64,000 bases of DNA from an uncultured Alphaproteobacteria bacterium (GTDB lineage Bacteria > Pseudomonadota > Alphaproteobacteria > UBA3830 > JAIRWN01), in the NCBI GenBank assembly GCA_964369315.1, contig CAYJEJ010000004.1, positions 4,286-68,285 of the forward strand. The letters are read 5' to 3'. The number at the start of each line of letters is the position of its first letter. The stretch's first letter is position 1. Below the pieces are notes generated by a model. That model saw only the letters and a program-made list of their open reading frames with translations. It had not been told where the DNA came from and ran no database searches. The translations under genes and the position numbers were made by a program. Positions 9,235 through 19,729 of this stretch are shown piece by piece.

Positions 9235-10206
9235 TTATTTCATAAAAAAATCAAAAAATTGTTCTGGTATGGTTATTAATAAGCACGCCAGCTTATCGCG
9301 ACTAAAACCTATCGAGGGTGATTTTTGATTATTATAGGCGTTTAGGACATATTTTTTAATTTTATTAAACGCACAAATCTCTATTTGTCGGACGCGTTCA
9401 CGAGACAAACCCATTGTGTGAGATATTTCCTCGAGAGTTTTTGGCTCCTCAGAGAGCCTGCGGGATAATATTATTTTGTATTCCTTCTTGTTCAGGATTT
9501 TGAGTGATGAAGATAACACTTTTTTTCTATAATCTAGGTCGTCTTTTTCTTCGAGTGTTATCTCAAGGTTTTCACCGCTTAAGTTGAGCCATTCCTGATT
9601 TTCATGACCACCGTCAGAACTGCTGGCATTAATAGACATTAGGTGGGAACTAATACTATTAGCATTTTCTATGTCTTTGACTGTTTGTTCGCTGACATTT
9701 AATTTTTTTGCAATGCGGGATACGCCTTCTTGATTTAAGTGCTCTGAAAGATTGAGCCCAAAGGCGTTTTTTAACCATCTTAATTGAAAAAATGTTTTTT
9801 TATAATCCTTGCTTTCACCAATTTTTAGGGCTGAGCCATGCTTAAAGATATAACTTCGAACAATAGACTTGACCCAGTGAACAGCGTATGTCGAGAATTT
9901 AAATCCTTTACTTGGATGAAAGTGCTTTAATGCCTGAAGAAGCCCTATTTTCCCCTCGGCAATCAGGTCTTCTGTTGGCAATCCAAAACCTCTATAACCA
10001 TTGGCAACTCTTTTTATTAAGCCTAGGTGATTTTGGATTATTTTTGAGAGGGCAACACTGTCTTGCTCATCCAACCATTTGTTGATTAAGATAAATTCCT
10101 CATCTTTCTCTGATTTAGGGAAGTCATTTATTTTTCCTAAATGGCTGGGAAAGTGGTCTTTGTCAATGATATTGACTAACATGTCATGATTCTTTATTGA
10201 CGGCAT
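9235..10206 (-). CDS. rpoH: RNA polymerase sigma-32 factor RpoH
   Basis: Region 2 [42 protein letters not shown]. RpoH-box-like [12 protein letters not shown]. Region 4 [10 protein letters not shown]. The start is ambiguous (Met at 10206 or 10182). The track start at 10239 would overlap the MCP gene by 56 nt. Confidence 0.85.
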   Translation of the reverse strand: MPSIKNHDMLVNIIDKDHFPSHLGKINDFPKSEKDEEFILINKWLDEQDSVALSKIIQNHLGLIKRVANGYRGFGLPTEDLIAEGKIGLLQALKHFHPSKGFKFSTYAVHWVKSIVRSYIFKHGSALKIGESKDYKKTFFQLRWLKNAFGLNLSEHLNQEGVSRIAKKLNVSEQTVKDIENANSISSHLMSINASSSDGGHENQEWLNLSGENLEITLEEKDDLDYRKKVLSSSLKILNKKEYKIILSRRLSEEPKTLEEISHTMGLSRERVRQIEICAFNKIKKYVLNAYNNQKSPSIGFSRDKLACLLITIPEQFFDFFMK

Positions 10207-11884
10207 CTGCTTGATTCTTATTATTGCGAATATTTGCAACGAAATTATCGACTTCTTTTTGTAACAATGCCGATTGTTTTGTCATTTGATTAGATGCGTT
10301 CAAAACTTCGGCGGCGGCCTTGCTCACGTGCCCAGAGCTTTCTAATACGTGGGTTACGTTTGATGCCATGTCCCTAACCCCTGTTGCTGCATTTTGCACG
10401 TTTTCATAAATGCCAACGTTTGCGGCGGTTTGTTCCTCAACGGCAACTGTTACAGAGGTTGTGAATTCATTAATACTGCTAATAGTTTTACTGATGCCTT
10501 GTATGGCGAGCACAACATCATCTGTAGAGGACTGAATTTTTTGAATTTGAGCACTGATGTCATCGGTTGCCTTGGTTGTCTGAGTGGACAATGTTTTCAC
10601 CTCTCCTGCAACTACGGCAAAACCTCGACCAGCCTCACCAGCACGGGCGGCTTCTATTGTGGCGTTTAAGGCAAGCAAGTTGGTTTGACTCGCTACATCA
10701 GAAATCAAGCTAACAACATCACCTATTTTTTGTGCCGTTACGGATAAACCAGTGACTTTTAGGTTGGTTTTATCGGCTTCGGTGACGGCTTTATTGACGA
10801 TGTTAGAGGATTCGAACACTCTTTGGCTAATTTTATTAAAAGAGCTAGAAAGTTCTTCAGTTGCATCGGCGACAGCCTGCATATTAATAGACGCAGAGTC
10901 TATAAAAGTTGAAGCACTTTGGGCTTCTTTTGTTGTTTCCTCTGAGAGTGTTAACATTTCTTTTGCAAATTCTTGCAATGTTCCAGCGGCCTTTGTTACT
11001 GAATTTAAAACGTCTCGGACGGTGTCTTCAAATTGCTGGGCGAGTTTATCGGCTTGTTCGCGGTCTCTTTGATTTTCTAGTTCCTGCATACGCAGGCTTT
11101 CTTCTTCAAGGCTTTTTTTATGAACCAAGCTTTTCCGAAAGAACTCGACTATGCGAGCCATCTCGCCAACCTCATCTTTTAAATATGTCGCGGGCACTTT
11201 TACATCGAGGTCATTTTCAGAGATTTTAGCCATCACTTTCTGCAAAATTGACAGTGGGTTTAGGGAATTTTGTATTATCAAAAATGAAATTAGTATAACT
11301 AGCCCTAAAATTAATACAGCCTTGCTGATAGCTGCTTTTTGCAGTTCATTGATTACATCATTGAAGGGGGATTTCGCCGATATTAGTGAAATGGTAATTT
11401 TTTGTTTTTTATCTAGGGGTAGAAAATTAGCAAAAAATGATTCTTTCCCTATTGTGAGTTCTCCGCTACTTATTTTCGCAGTTTCGTTGTTTTCTAGCGA
11501 GTCTTTAATCAACATAGGGATAGAGCTGATGTCAGTGATTTGTTCGACCTCTTTTGTTGAGAAAACTGGCTTGGCATCTATGAATAAAACGATATCATAT
11601 TTTGTTATTGCCTTAGCTTGCTTAATTGCATTCAACATGACTTTATTATGCACAACTTCCGTCTGTGTCAAACCTTGAGGAAATGGTTTTAGATTAGCTT
11701 CTAAAACATGTGATGTTTGCTCAATGTGTGCGTTCATATCAGACGTAATGTCTAGTTGCATTTTTTCTTCTACATTCATCGTAACGGTTAGGAATATAGA
11801 AACCGAGATGATAAGCAAACTGATGATGTTTATACTAAGTAGTTTTGTTTTTAAAGATATTGTTTTAGACTGTTCCATTGTCAA
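10184..11884 (-). CDS. methyl-accepting chemotaxis protein (TM - periplasmic sensor - TM - HAMP - signalling domain)
   Basis: Conserved hairpin-tip sequence [34 protein letters not shown]. Two TM segments flank a ~170-aa sensor region. HAMP-like [21 protein letters not shown]. Confidence 0.85.
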   Translation of the reverse strand: MTMEQSKTISLKTKLLSINIISLLIISVSIFLTVTMNVEEKMQLDITSDMNAHIEQTSHVLEANLKPFPQGLTQTEVVHNKVMLNAIKQAKAITKYDIVLFIDAKPVFSTKEVEQITDISSIPMLIKDSLENNETAKISSGELTIGKESFFANFLPLDKKQKITISLISAKSPFNDVINELQKAAISKAVLILGLVILISFLIIQNSLNPLSILQKVMAKISENDLDVKVPATYLKDEVGEMARIVEFFRKSLVHKKSLEEESLRMQELENQRDREQADKLAQQFEDTVRDVLNSVTKAAGTLQEFAKEMLTLSEETTKEAQSASTFIDSASINMQAVADATEELSSSFNKISQRVFESSNIVNKAVTEADKTNLKVTGLSVTAQKIGDVVSLISDVASQTNLLALNATIEAARAGEAGRGFAVVAGEVKTLSTQTTKATDDISAQIQKIQSSTDDVVLAIQGISKTISSINEFTTSVTVAVEEQTAANVGIYENVQNAATGVRDMASNVTHVLESSGHVSKAAAEVLNASNQMTKQSALLQKEVDNFVANIRNNKNQADAVNKES

Positions 11885-11957
11885 CCAATTATTATATATT
11901 ATAGGTTAAATTTAACCTGAAGTTGTTGCGAATATGTTAATTTTTGATTGTTTTTTT

Positions 11958-12031
11958 TGGAGCGGGCGAAGGGAATCGAACCCTCGTCTTAAGCTTGGGA
12001 AGCTTCTGCTCTACCATTGAGCTACGCCCGC
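11958..12031 (-). tRNA. tRNA-Gly (anticodon CCC)
   Basis: The reverse complement reads GCGGGCG-TA-GCTC-AATGGTA-GAGC-A-GAAGC-TTCCCAA-GCTTA-AGAC-GAGGG-TTCGATT-CCCTT-CGCCCGC-T-CCA. The U73 discriminator is typical of bacterial tRNA-Gly. Confidence 0.9.
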
Positions 12032-12113
12032 ATTGATAATTGCTATTGGAGATACTACAAAAAGGGTTTAATTATATCAAGAGAGTTTTCTATATTTTAA
12101 GAATATTAGATTT

Positions 12114-12884
12114 ATGAGTTTTGTGAAATTTAAAAATTTATTATGTGTGTGTTTAGCGTTTGTTCTTGTAACGGGGTGTTCAAGCGTGAGCAAAAATGCA
12201 TCAATTGAAGAAATAGAAAACAATGACCCTTATGAAAAGGGCAACCGCTCTGTCTTTAGGTTCAATATGATGTTGGACGAGTACGTATTAGAACCAGTAG
12301 CAGCGTTTTATGACGCCGCACTGCCAAATGGTGTGAAAACTGGCATCTCCAATGAATTAACCACTCTTGAACAACCTATTAGTACTATAAACTATGCGAT
12401 AGCTGGCGATGGGAAGAGAGCAAGTGCCGCATTGGTCAGATTTTTTACAAATCTGTTTTTAGGGTTTTTTGGGCTAGTCGATGTTTATAAAGAGCTTTCG
12501 CTCAATCCACCTGTCCCATATAAAAGTTTTGGCTCTGCTCTTGCTGTACGAGGGGTGCCCACTGGACCTTATGTAATGGTTCCATTTTTTGGACCGTATT
12601 GTACGAGGGAGATTTTTGGTGATGTTGTTGATTCTGTGGCTGACCCTATTTATTATGTGCCAAAGCCAAAGAACAGGCTATGCTGGGGGATTGGGAAATA
12701 TTTATTAGGTGAGGTGAGTAGCCGTGCAATGCTGCTAGAGGCATATCGTGACACCAAGCGACAAGCGTTTGATTTGTATGCGACTTTAAGGTCTATGTAC
12801 TGGCAAAAAATTCGTAAAACTGACGCAACGGTTGATTTTGATGAAGGTCCAACACCATATGATGATTTTGATGATGAGGAGTAA
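12114..12884 (+). CDS. mlaA: MlaA/VacJ family outer-membrane lipoprotein
   Basis: Lipobox LVTGCSS. MlaA signature NDPYEKGNRSVFRFNMMLDEYVLEPVAAFY. Acidic C-terminal tail. Confidence 0.85.
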   Translation: MSFVKFKNLLCVCLAFVLVTGCSSVSKNASIEEIENNDPYEKGNRSVFRFNMMLDEYVLEPVAAFYDAALPNGVKTGISNELTTLEQPISTINYAIAGDGKRASAALVRFFTNLFLGFFGLVDVYKELSLNPPVPYKSFGSALAVRGVPTGPYVMVPFFGPYCTREIFGDVVDSVADPIYYVPKPKNRLCWGIGKYLLGEVSSRAMLLEAYRDTKRQAFDLYATLRSMYWQKIRKTDATVDFDEGPTPYDDFDDEE

Positions 12885-12888
12885 GAAG

Positions 12889-13497
12889 ATGAAATTAAGA
12901 AATAAGATTTTAAGTTTTTTGTTTGTGATGCTTTCTTGTTTCAGTTGTTTAACTGATGCAAAGCTGGAGGTAACTGAGGTTGAGGCTAGGGAATTTATTA
13001 ATACCTTGGGGAAAGAAGCGTTTTCGGCATTAACGGACACCAGTTCCCCTAAAACAATTCGTGAAGAAAAGTTTCAGTCAATTTTATCGCGAGGTTTTGA
13101 TATAAAAACAATGGCGAGATTTTCGCTAGGAAGGTATTGGCGTTCTTTTGATAAAGGGCAACGAGCAAGATATGTTTCAGCGTTTGAAGAAATGATTATC
13201 AAATCTTATGTTGGTAAATTTTCAGATTTTTCTGACGCTACCTTTAAAATATCAAAGGTTTTAATGACCAAAAATGGCGGAGCAATGGTGACAACGCTTG
13301 TGATGTGTCCAGGGAAGGAGCAGTTTAACCTCGTGTGGAAAGCATATAAAACCAAAAAAGGTATTCGTATAGTCGATGTGATAGTCGATGGCGTTAGCAT
13401 GAGCATTACGCAACGTTCAGAATTCGCCAGCATTATGCAAGGTCTAAATAATGATGCAGAAAAGTTTATTACTAGAATATCTAGTATTGGAAATTAA
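12889..13497 (+). CDS. mlaC: MlaC/Ttg2D-type periplasmic phospholipid-binding protein
   Basis: Signal peptide MKLRNKILSFLFVMLSCFSC. FDIKTMARFSLGRYWRSFDKGQRARYVSAFEEMIIKSYVGKF matches the MlaC family. ATG at 12889 is preceded by GAGGAG. The track start at 12832 overlaps mlaA. Confidence 0.8.
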   Translation: MKLRNKILSFLFVMLSCFSCLTDAKLEVTEVEAREFINTLGKEAFSALTDTSSPKTIREEKFQSILSRGFDIKTMARFSLGRYWRSFDKGQRARYVSAFEEMIIKSYVGKFSDFSDATFKISKVLMTKNGGAMVTTLVMCPGKEQFNLVWKAYKTKKGIRIVDVIVDGVSMSITQRSEFASIMQGLNNDAEKFITRISSIGN

Positions 13498-13545
13498 CTA
13501 GCGTTCTTTTGATTTTTGTTTCACAAGCCGTAAATCCCAAAATTT

Positions 13546-15450
13546 CTAGGGCGTTGCGGCTTCATCGCAGATGGATTTTAATGCGTCATTGAGAGGCATC
13601 GTTGACTGTTCCTTGCTACCAAGTCTTCTGATGGTGACAGTATTATTTTCAGACTCTTTTCCGCCAACGATAATGATAATCGGTGTTTTCGATAATGAAT
13701 GTTGTCTGATTTTATAGTTAAGACTGCCCTGACCAAAATCTGTCCGACACCGGATGTCAGCGTCCAAGAATTTTTGATTGACGAGCGATGCGTAGTCATT
13801 AAAACCATCTGCGATAGGGATAATAACAGCCTGCACTGGCATCAACCAAAGTGGGAGCTTGCCAGCATAATGCTCGAGCAATATGCCAATAAATCGCTCA
13901 AAAGAGCCCAAGACAGCTCGGTGTAATATGACGGGTCTATGTCTGTTGCCGTCTTCACCAATATATTCCGCGTCCAATCTTTCGGGTAAAATCAAATCTA
14001 CCTGCAGTGTGCCACACTGCCAATAGCGACCCAGTGCGTCATTGAGCCCAAACTCTAGTTTTGGTCCATAAAAAGCACCTTCTCCTGCACTATAAGAGAA
14101 CGTTAAACCAGCCTCATTCACGGCATTTTTTAAGGCATCTTCAGCCTTATCCCATGTCGCATCATCACCAGCACGCACCAAAGGTCGGTCTGCAAACTTG
14201 ACCGAAACCTCATTAAACCCAAATCCTTGATAAACCTCAATCAAAAGCTGGCAAAATTTTTTGGTTTCACTAACGACTTGGTTCATTGTGCAGAATATAT
14301 GGCCATCATCTTGCATAAAAGAGCGAACACGCATCAGCCCATGTAATGACCCAGACGGCTCATTCCTATGACAAACGCCGAACTCAGCCATTCTATATGG
14401 CAATTGCCGATAGCTTTTTATTGATTGGTTAAAGATTTGGATGTGTCCAGGGCAGTTCATCGGCTTTATCGCCAAAACGCGTTTCTCGGATTCAGCGGTG
14501 AACATGACCTCTCGAAATTTTTCCCAATGTCCAGACCGTTCCCATAGTGAGCGGTCAATCAGTTGAGGAGTTTTCACCTCAACATAGCCTTGTTTTAAAA
14601 TTTTGCTACGAATAAAGTTTTCCAGCGACCTAAAGACAACCTGTCCATTAGGGTGCCAAAAAATAGAACCAACCGCCTCCTCTTGAATGTGAAACAAGTC
14701 CATTTCTTTGCCAAGTTTTCTGTGGTCTCTTAGTTCTGCTTGAGCGATTTGCTCTAAATAATCATCGAGCTGTTTCTTGTTTGCCCACAAAGTTGCGTAA
14801 ATTCTTTGGAGCATAGGTCGGGACGAGTCGGCTCGCCAATAAGCTCCCGATACTTTTGTTAATTTGAAATGAGGGGATATTTTTCCCGTCGATGGGACGT
14901 GCACCCCCCGACACAAATCAAAAAAATCGCCTTGCTCATATATTGTAACCATTTCGGTAGATAAATCTTGTATGATTTCAACTTTAAATTCTTCGTTTAG
15001 GTTTTTAAAAATTTCAGTCGCCTCAACGCTACTGAGCTCTTTCCTTGAAAAGGCAATGTTTGCTTTTAACATTTCACGCATACGTTCCTCAATTAATGAA
15101 AGGTCATTAATTGAAAAAGGTTCAACGCGATAAAAGTCATAATAAAAACCATCAGCGATGGTTGGACCAATTGCGACCTTTACGTCAGGAAACAGGCTTT
15201 TGACCGCAGCTGCCAAAACATGGGCACAGCTATGACGCATTATCTCTAAGCCAAGCGGGGTGTCATTGGTGATAATTTTCACATTGGCGTGGTTGGAAAT
15301 TTTATGTGATAAGTCATAAATTTGATTATCAATTTCGATTGCAAGGGCTTCTTTCTCACATTTTTTGCCCAATGATGCGACCAATTGGTATCCGTTAACT
15401 TCGCTGTCAAAGTCTAAGATTTTATCGTCAGCAAGAGATATTTTTATCAT
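13546..15450 (-). CDS. thrS: threonine--tRNA ligase
   Basis: TGS domain start MIKISLADDK. Editing-domain HSCAHVLA. Class II motifs FRxE/HRNEPSGSLHGLMRVRSFMQDDGHIF and GAFYGPKLE. The track start at 15498 is a TTG 1 nt from the tyrS stop, so the ATG at 15450 is preferred. Confidence 0.95.
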   Translation of the reverse strand: MIKISLADDKILDFDSEVNGYQLVASLGKKCEKEALAIEIDNQIYDLSHKISNHANVKIITNDTPLGLEIMRHSCAHVLAAAVKSLFPDVKVAIGPTIADGFYYDFYRVEPFSINDLSLIEERMREMLKANIAFSRKELSSVEATEIFKNLNEEFKVEIIQDLSTEMVTIYEQGDFFDLCRGVHVPSTGKISPHFKLTKVSGAYWRADSSRPMLQRIYATLWANKKQLDDYLEQIAQAELRDHRKLGKEMDLFHIQEEAVGSIFWHPNGQVVFRSLENFIRSKILKQGYVEVKTPQLIDRSLWERSGHWEKFREVMFTAESEKRVLAIKPMNCPGHIQIFNQSIKSYRQLPYRMAEFGVCHRNEPSGSLHGLMRVRSFMQDDGHIFCTMNQVVSETKKFCQLLIEVYQGFGFNEVSVKFADRPLVRAGDDATWDKAEDALKNAVNEAGLTFSYSAGEGAFYGPKLEFGLNDALGRYWQCGTLQVDLILPERLDAEYIGEDGNRHRPVILHRAVLGSFERFIGILLEHYAGKLPLWLMPVQAVIIPIADGFNDYASLVNQKFLDADIRCRTDFGQGSLNYKIRQHSLSKTPIIIIVGGKESENNTVTIRRLGSKEQSTMPLNDALKSICDEAATP

Positions 15451-15499
15451 GTAACTTTTATCCAAATATTCATAAAAATCATTTTTTATGTGACGCAAA

Positions 15500-16780
15500 T
15501 CACACTAATTTCACAACAGCAATTTTCTTTTTCCCAGCAGATAGTTTTAAGGAATTATTTTCATCTAGGTGGTCTTGCTGGATGATTAAGATGTCGTCAT
15601 AAACTGGCTGGTCATTTAAATAGGCACCCTTGCCCTTAATCAGTCGACGTGCTTCACTGCGACTGCTGACTAAATTAGTTTTAACAAACAAGTCCACAAT
15701 GGACTCTCTGCCGATTGTTAGGTCGGTCTGCATCTCGAAGACAGGCCCATTTAAGACCTGCTCGCTCTCAGCTATTGAACCGCCATTGAATAGACTATGG
15801 GTGGTCGTTCGAACGGATTCAAGGTTTTCTCGACCGTGGGTCAGCCTTGTGATTTCATCGGCTAAGATGATTTTTGCCTCGTTCAGGCTTTGCCCCTGAA
15901 GTTGTTCGAGTTTTTTAATCTCATCCAAAGGAAGTTCTGTAAATAACCTTAAAAATCGACCAACATCTCTATCGTCAACATTTCTCCAATATTGCCAAAA
16001 GTCATACGGTGACAGCTTATCGCCCCTTAACCAAACAGCTCCATTGGCACTTTTGCCCATTTTTTTTCCATCGCTGGTCGATAATAATGGTGTGGTCAGT
16101 CCATATGCCGATTCAGAGCGGGCTTTACGAATGAGGTCAGTCCCGCAGACAATGTTTCCCCATTGGTCTGAGCCGCCGATTTCTAGGCGACAAGAATATT
16201 TATCAAAAAGTTCAAGAAAGTCATACGCTTGCATTATCATATAATTAAATTCTAAGAGGCTTAGCGGTTGCTCGCGGTCAAGCCTAGACTTCACATTATC
16301 AAATGAAAGCATCCGATTAACCGAAAAATGCCTGCCAACATCACTCAAAAAAGATAAGTATTTAATATCTTCAAGCCATTGAGAATTGTCCACCAAAATG
16401 GCACTGTTTTCACCCTCATCGAATTTTATAAATGGCAAGAGACATTTTTTTAGTCCCGCAATATTATTTTGGATATCTTGCTCAGACAAGACTGGTCGTG
16501 CGGCATCTCTTCCAGAGGGGTCGCCAATTTTTGTTGTTGCCCCACCGATTAAGAGTATTGGCTTATGACCATGTTTTTGAAGCAAACGTAGGATAAAAAT
16601 CGAAAGCAAGTGCCCCACGTGAAAGCTATCTGCTGTTGCGTCATAACCTATGTACGCCGTGATTTTTTTCCTAGACATTAATTCGTCCAGCTCTTTCAAA
16701 TTGGTGCTTTGATAGATGAACCCACGCTCTGAAGCTTCTTGTAAAAAAGATGAATGAAAGTTGTTCAACATAGGCACCAC
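15500..16780 (-). CDS. tyrS: tyrosine--tRNA ligase
   Basis: HIGH-type motif (SFHVGHL). KMSKS-type motif (KMGKS). C-terminal S4-like domain (SRSEARRLIKGKGAYLN). Confidence 0.95.
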   Translation of the reverse strand: MVPMLNNFHSSFLQEASERGFIYQSTNLKELDELMSRKKITAYIGYDATADSFHVGHLLSIFILRLLQKHGHKPILLIGGATTKIGDPSGRDAARPVLSEQDIQNNIAGLKKCLLPFIKFDEGENSAILVDNSQWLEDIKYLSFLSDVGRHFSVNRMLSFDNVKSRLDREQPLSLLEFNYMIMQAYDFLELFDKYSCRLEIGGSDQWGNIVCGTDLIRKARSESAYGLTTPLLSTSDGKKMGKSANGAVWLRGDKLSPYDFWQYWRNVDDRDVGRFLRLFTELPLDEIKKLEQLQGQSLNEAKIILADEITRLTHGRENLESVRTTTHSLFNGGSIAESEQVLNGPVFEMQTDLTIGRESIVDLFVKTNLVSSRSEARRLIKGKGAYLNDQPVYDDILIIQQDHLDENNSLKLSAGKKKIAVVKLV

Positions 16781-16795
16781 TTTAAAAATAATGTA

Positions 16796-17458
16796 CTAAA
16801 AATTCACCGCTTGGAGTTTCTCGCCAAGTTCTTGCCTAAGATACTCCTTAATTGTTTGTGAGAGCAAGTCTAATTTTCCTCTAAAAAAGTGGTTGGCACC
16901 CTCGATTTCTTTGTATTTTAGTTGAACTTTTTTCTGGGAATGTATTTTATCAATCAATTGCAAGACATTTTCTGTTGGCACAATCTCATCTGCCAGCCCT
17001 TGGACAATTAGTCCCGAGACGGGGCAAGGTGCCAAAAAACTAAAATCATATAGGTTTGCTGGTGGAGAGACAGCCACGAAATTTTTGATTTCTGGTCTTC
17101 GCATTAACATCTGCATTGCGACCCAACTGCCGAAAGAAAAACCAGCGACCCACAGCTCGTGTGATGATGGGTTGACCATCTGAATCCAGTCTAGTGCTGC
17201 CGTGGCATCGGCGGCCTCGCCTTCACCTTTGCCATATTCACCCTCTGAGCGTCCCACCCCCCTAAAATTAAACCTCAAGACGGAAAAACCCATGTCGACA
17301 AAAGATTTAAAAGTTGTGAATGTGACTTTATTGTTCATCGTCCCGCCATGGACAGGGTCAGGGTGCAAAACAACGACTAGTGGCGAACCAGACGCTGGAT
17401 TATGATGGTATTTTCCTTCAATTCTTCCGCAAGGTCCGTTAAAAATTATCTCTGGCAT
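16796..17458 (-). CDS. alpha/beta-fold hydrolase (COG2945-like)
   Basis: 220 aa. Nucleophile elbow GFSFGSW. LVVVLHPDPVHGGTMNNKV N-terminal block typical of the small YqiA/COG2945-type hydrolases. Confidence 0.7.
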   Translation of the reverse strand: MPEIIFNGPCGRIEGKYHHNPASGSPLVVVLHPDPVHGGTMNNKVTFTTFKSFVDMGFSVLRFNFRGVGRSEGEYGKGEGEAADATAALDWIQMVNPSSHELWVAGFSFGSWVAMQMLMRRPEIKNFVAVSPPANLYDFSFLAPCPVSGLIVQGLADEIVPTENVLQLIDKIHSQKKVQLKYKEIEGANHFFRGKLDLLSQTIKEYLRQELGEKLQAVNF

Positions 17459-17531
17459 TTGTATCCCCCTAGTATTATTATAAATTTAAATAGGGAATTA
17501 TAGCATATTTTCCATAGTAAAGACAAGAAAC

Positions 17532-18689
17532 ATGAAAAGAATTTATCTCGATAATCAGTCTACAACCCCGTGTGACAAAAGGGTTTTTCAGTCAATGGAG
17601 CCATATTTTTGTGATAATTTTGGCAATTATAGTGCAGACAATGTCTTTGGGAACGCTGCGTATGAGGCGGTGGAACGTTCACGTGAAAGTGTTTCTCGTA
17701 TTATAGGTGCGGATGCGAGGGAGGTGATATTTACTTCAAGTGCGACAATGGCGTCTAATATAGCGATTATTGGGTGTGCAAGATTTTATGGCAATCAAAA
17801 TAAAAACCATATAATAACAACTAAAATCGAGCATAAGTGCGTCCTAGACACCTGTAAAGCACTGGAGAAAGAAGGTTTCGATGTTTCTTATATCAGCCCA
17901 GATGATAAAGGGTTGATACACGCTCAAGATGTTCTAAACGCTATAAATGACAGGACGTTTTTGGTTTCTGTTATGGCTGTGAATAATGAAGTGGGCACTA
18001 TTCAACCCTTTAGGGAGGTTGGTCAAATCTGTCGCTCAAGGGGGATTTTTTTCTATTGTGATGCTGCACAAGCGATTGGGAAAATAGGTATCGACGTGAA
18101 ACGTGATAACATCGATATGCTTTGTATATCAGCACATAAGATTTATGGCCCCAAAGGCGTGGGTGCTTTGTATGTCGGGTCGTCTCCAAAAGTGCGTTTG
18201 AAGCCAATTTTTTATGGCGGTGGACAAGAGAAAAACCTCCATTCTGGGACTGTTGCTGTGCCGCTGTGTGTGGGGCTTGGTGAAGCGTGTAATATTATGC
18301 TTCAAGAGATGAATGATATAAATAATCACGTAACACGAATTAGCAAGAAATTTTGGCAATATTTATCTTCAAATTTAGAGCAAATATATTTAAATGGAGA
18401 CGATGTAAATCGCGTTGCTCATAATTTAAATATTTCTTTTTTTGGAGTTGAGGGTGAAAGTTTGATGCTTTCGATGCCAGATGTTGCGGTTTCGTCTTCA
18501 TCTGCCTGTTCCTCTCAAAGCCTTGAACCGTCATATGTTTTGAAAGCGATGGGGGTGAAAGATGAACTTTTGCACACTGCGATTAGATTTGGCTTTGGGA
18601 GGTTTTCCTCAGAGCAAGAAGTGATGGATGTTGCTAGGAAAGTCGTTGAAAATGTTCAAAAATTAAGGCATATTAGCCCTGTTTTTTGA
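17532..18689 (+). CDS. cysteine desulfurase, IscS/NifS family (class V aminotransferase)
   Basis: PLP-lysine block SAHKIYGPKGVGALYV. Active-site loop AVSSSSACSSQSLEPSYVLKAMG. No iscU/iscA follows it. Confidence 0.85.
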   Translation: MKRIYLDNQSTTPCDKRVFQSMEPYFCDNFGNYSADNVFGNAAYEAVERSRESVSRIIGADAREVIFTSSATMASNIAIIGCARFYGNQNKNHIITTKIEHKCVLDTCKALEKEGFDVSYISPDDKGLIHAQDVLNAINDRTFLVSVMAVNNEVGTIQPFREVGQICRSRGIFFYCDAAQAIGKIGIDVKRDNIDMLCISAHKIYGPKGVGALYVGSSPKVRLKPIFYGGGQEKNLHSGTVAVPLCVGLGEACNIMLQEMNDINNHVTRISKKFWQYLSSNLEQIYLNGDDVNRVAHNLNISFFGVEGESLMLSMPDVAVSSSSACSSQSLEPSYVLKAMGVKDELLHTAIRFGFGRFSSEQEVMDVARKVVENVQKLRHISPVF

Positions 18690-18798
18690 AATTGTGTTAT
18701 GTCGGGTAATAATTAATTTGTAAATTACAAATCTTTTTTTACTTTTTTCATATACAATCACACAATATGAATTATAGACTTTATTTGTGAAGGAAAAC

Positions 18799-19257
18799 AT
18801 GGAAAACAATAGAGCTTTTGAAAGTATGGTCGGGTTTGCAGTCATTGTCGTCGCCATACTGTTTTCGGTATATGCGTTTAATTATTCTAAATTAAAGACG
18901 GAATCAGGTTATCCACTGTTTGCCAAATTTGACCGTATTGACGGCATCAAAGAGGGCAGTGAGGTTCGCCTCGGCGGTATTAAAATCGGGAGGGTCGTGA
19001 AAATCGAGCTAGACGGCGATGAATATGTCGCAAAAGTCTGGTTTAGGATTAACGATAATATCAAACTGCCAACAGATACTGCGGTTGCGGTCAACTCAGA
19101 TGGTCTGCTTGGAGGAAAACACATATACATTAATCCTGGTGCTGATGATGAATACTTGAAACCTGAAGACGAGGTTTTGCATACTCAAGGCAGCATTAAC
19201 TTGGAATCTTTAATCGGTAAATTCGTGGTTTCTGACGATAAATCAGATAAAAAATAA
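18799..19257 (+). CDS. mlaD: outer-membrane lipid asymmetry protein MlaD (MCE domain)
   Basis: N-terminal TM (VGFAVIVVAILFSVYAF). MCE block FAKFDRIDGIKEGSEVRLGGIKIGRVVKIELD. ATG at 18799 is preceded by AAGGA (the track start at 18787 is GTG). Confidence 0.85.
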   Translation: MENNRAFESMVGFAVIVVAILFSVYAFNYSKLKTESGYPLFAKFDRIDGIKEGSEVRLGGIKIGRVVKIELDGDEYVAKVWFRINDNIKLPTDTAVAVNSDGLLGGKHIYINPGADDEYLKPEDEVLHTQGSINLESLIGKFVVSDDKSDKK

Positions 19258-19268
19258 TAAATTATATT

Positions 19269-19673
19269 ATGCAATTCAAGAGAATTTATTTTTGTTTTTT
19301 GATAATTGCTAATGTCGTTTGTTTTCATGCGGATGCTAAGTCCAAGGTTAATAAATTTGTCACAGCTAATAGCGTCGGACTTTTAGTTTTAGATAAAACA
19401 TGTGGTCATACAACAAACGTGTCTATCGATGTTGACAAACCAGTGTTTTTCAAGAGATTAAAGTTGATTGCTAAGAAAATTTTCAAAAACTCACCTGAGT
19501 TTTCTGCAGAAAGCATTGTTTATTTAGAAGTTTTTGAAAAGCCTTTGCAAGATGAAAATTTTTATAGCCAACCGATATTTTCTGGTTGGCTTTATGCGTC
19601 TTTCCCATCTATCAATGCGTTTGAACACCCGATATATAGCATTAAGGTTGTTGAGGCTTCTAACGAAGATTAG
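19269..19673 (+). CDS. DUF2155-like secreted protein
   Basis: Signal peptide. C-terminal IFSGWLYASFPSINAFEHPIYSIKVVEA resembles the conserved FSGWMFASSPxLNAxEHPVYDVW block of DUF2155, recalled from memory. Its position directly after mlaD is typical of Alphaproteobacteria. Confidence 0.65.
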   Translation: MQFKRIYFCFLIIANVVCFHADAKSKVNKFVTANSVGLLVLDKTCGHTTNVSIDVDKPVFFKRLKLIAKKIFKNSPEFSAESIVYLEVFEKPLQDENFYSQPIFSGWLYASFPSINAFEHPIYSIKVVEASNED

Positions 19674-19729
19674 TTGAAAACAGTGTGATTATTGGGGAGT
19701 GATTGTCCTCCCCAATACCTAGAAACGCG

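Noticed and set aside
11151-11678. Long antisense ORFs inside well-supported genes. Examples: 11151..11678 within the MCP gene, 22125..22598 within the phosphohexomutase gene, 37089..37604 within gyrA, and 46015..46422 within mutS.
   Set aside because: Each is fully embedded opposite a gene with strong family motifs. Their translations are Ser/Leu/Cys/Phe-rich with no recognisable motifs or ribosome-binding sites. Long shadow ORFs opposite a real gene are a common artefact.
18705-18740. ATTTGTA-AAT-TACAAAT hairpin followed by a T-run after the cysteine desulfurase gene, as a terminator.
   Set aside because: The 7-bp stem is almost entirely A/T (a single G-C pair) and would be marginally stable. 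It is plausible but cannot be supported without folding-energy calculation or transcript data.
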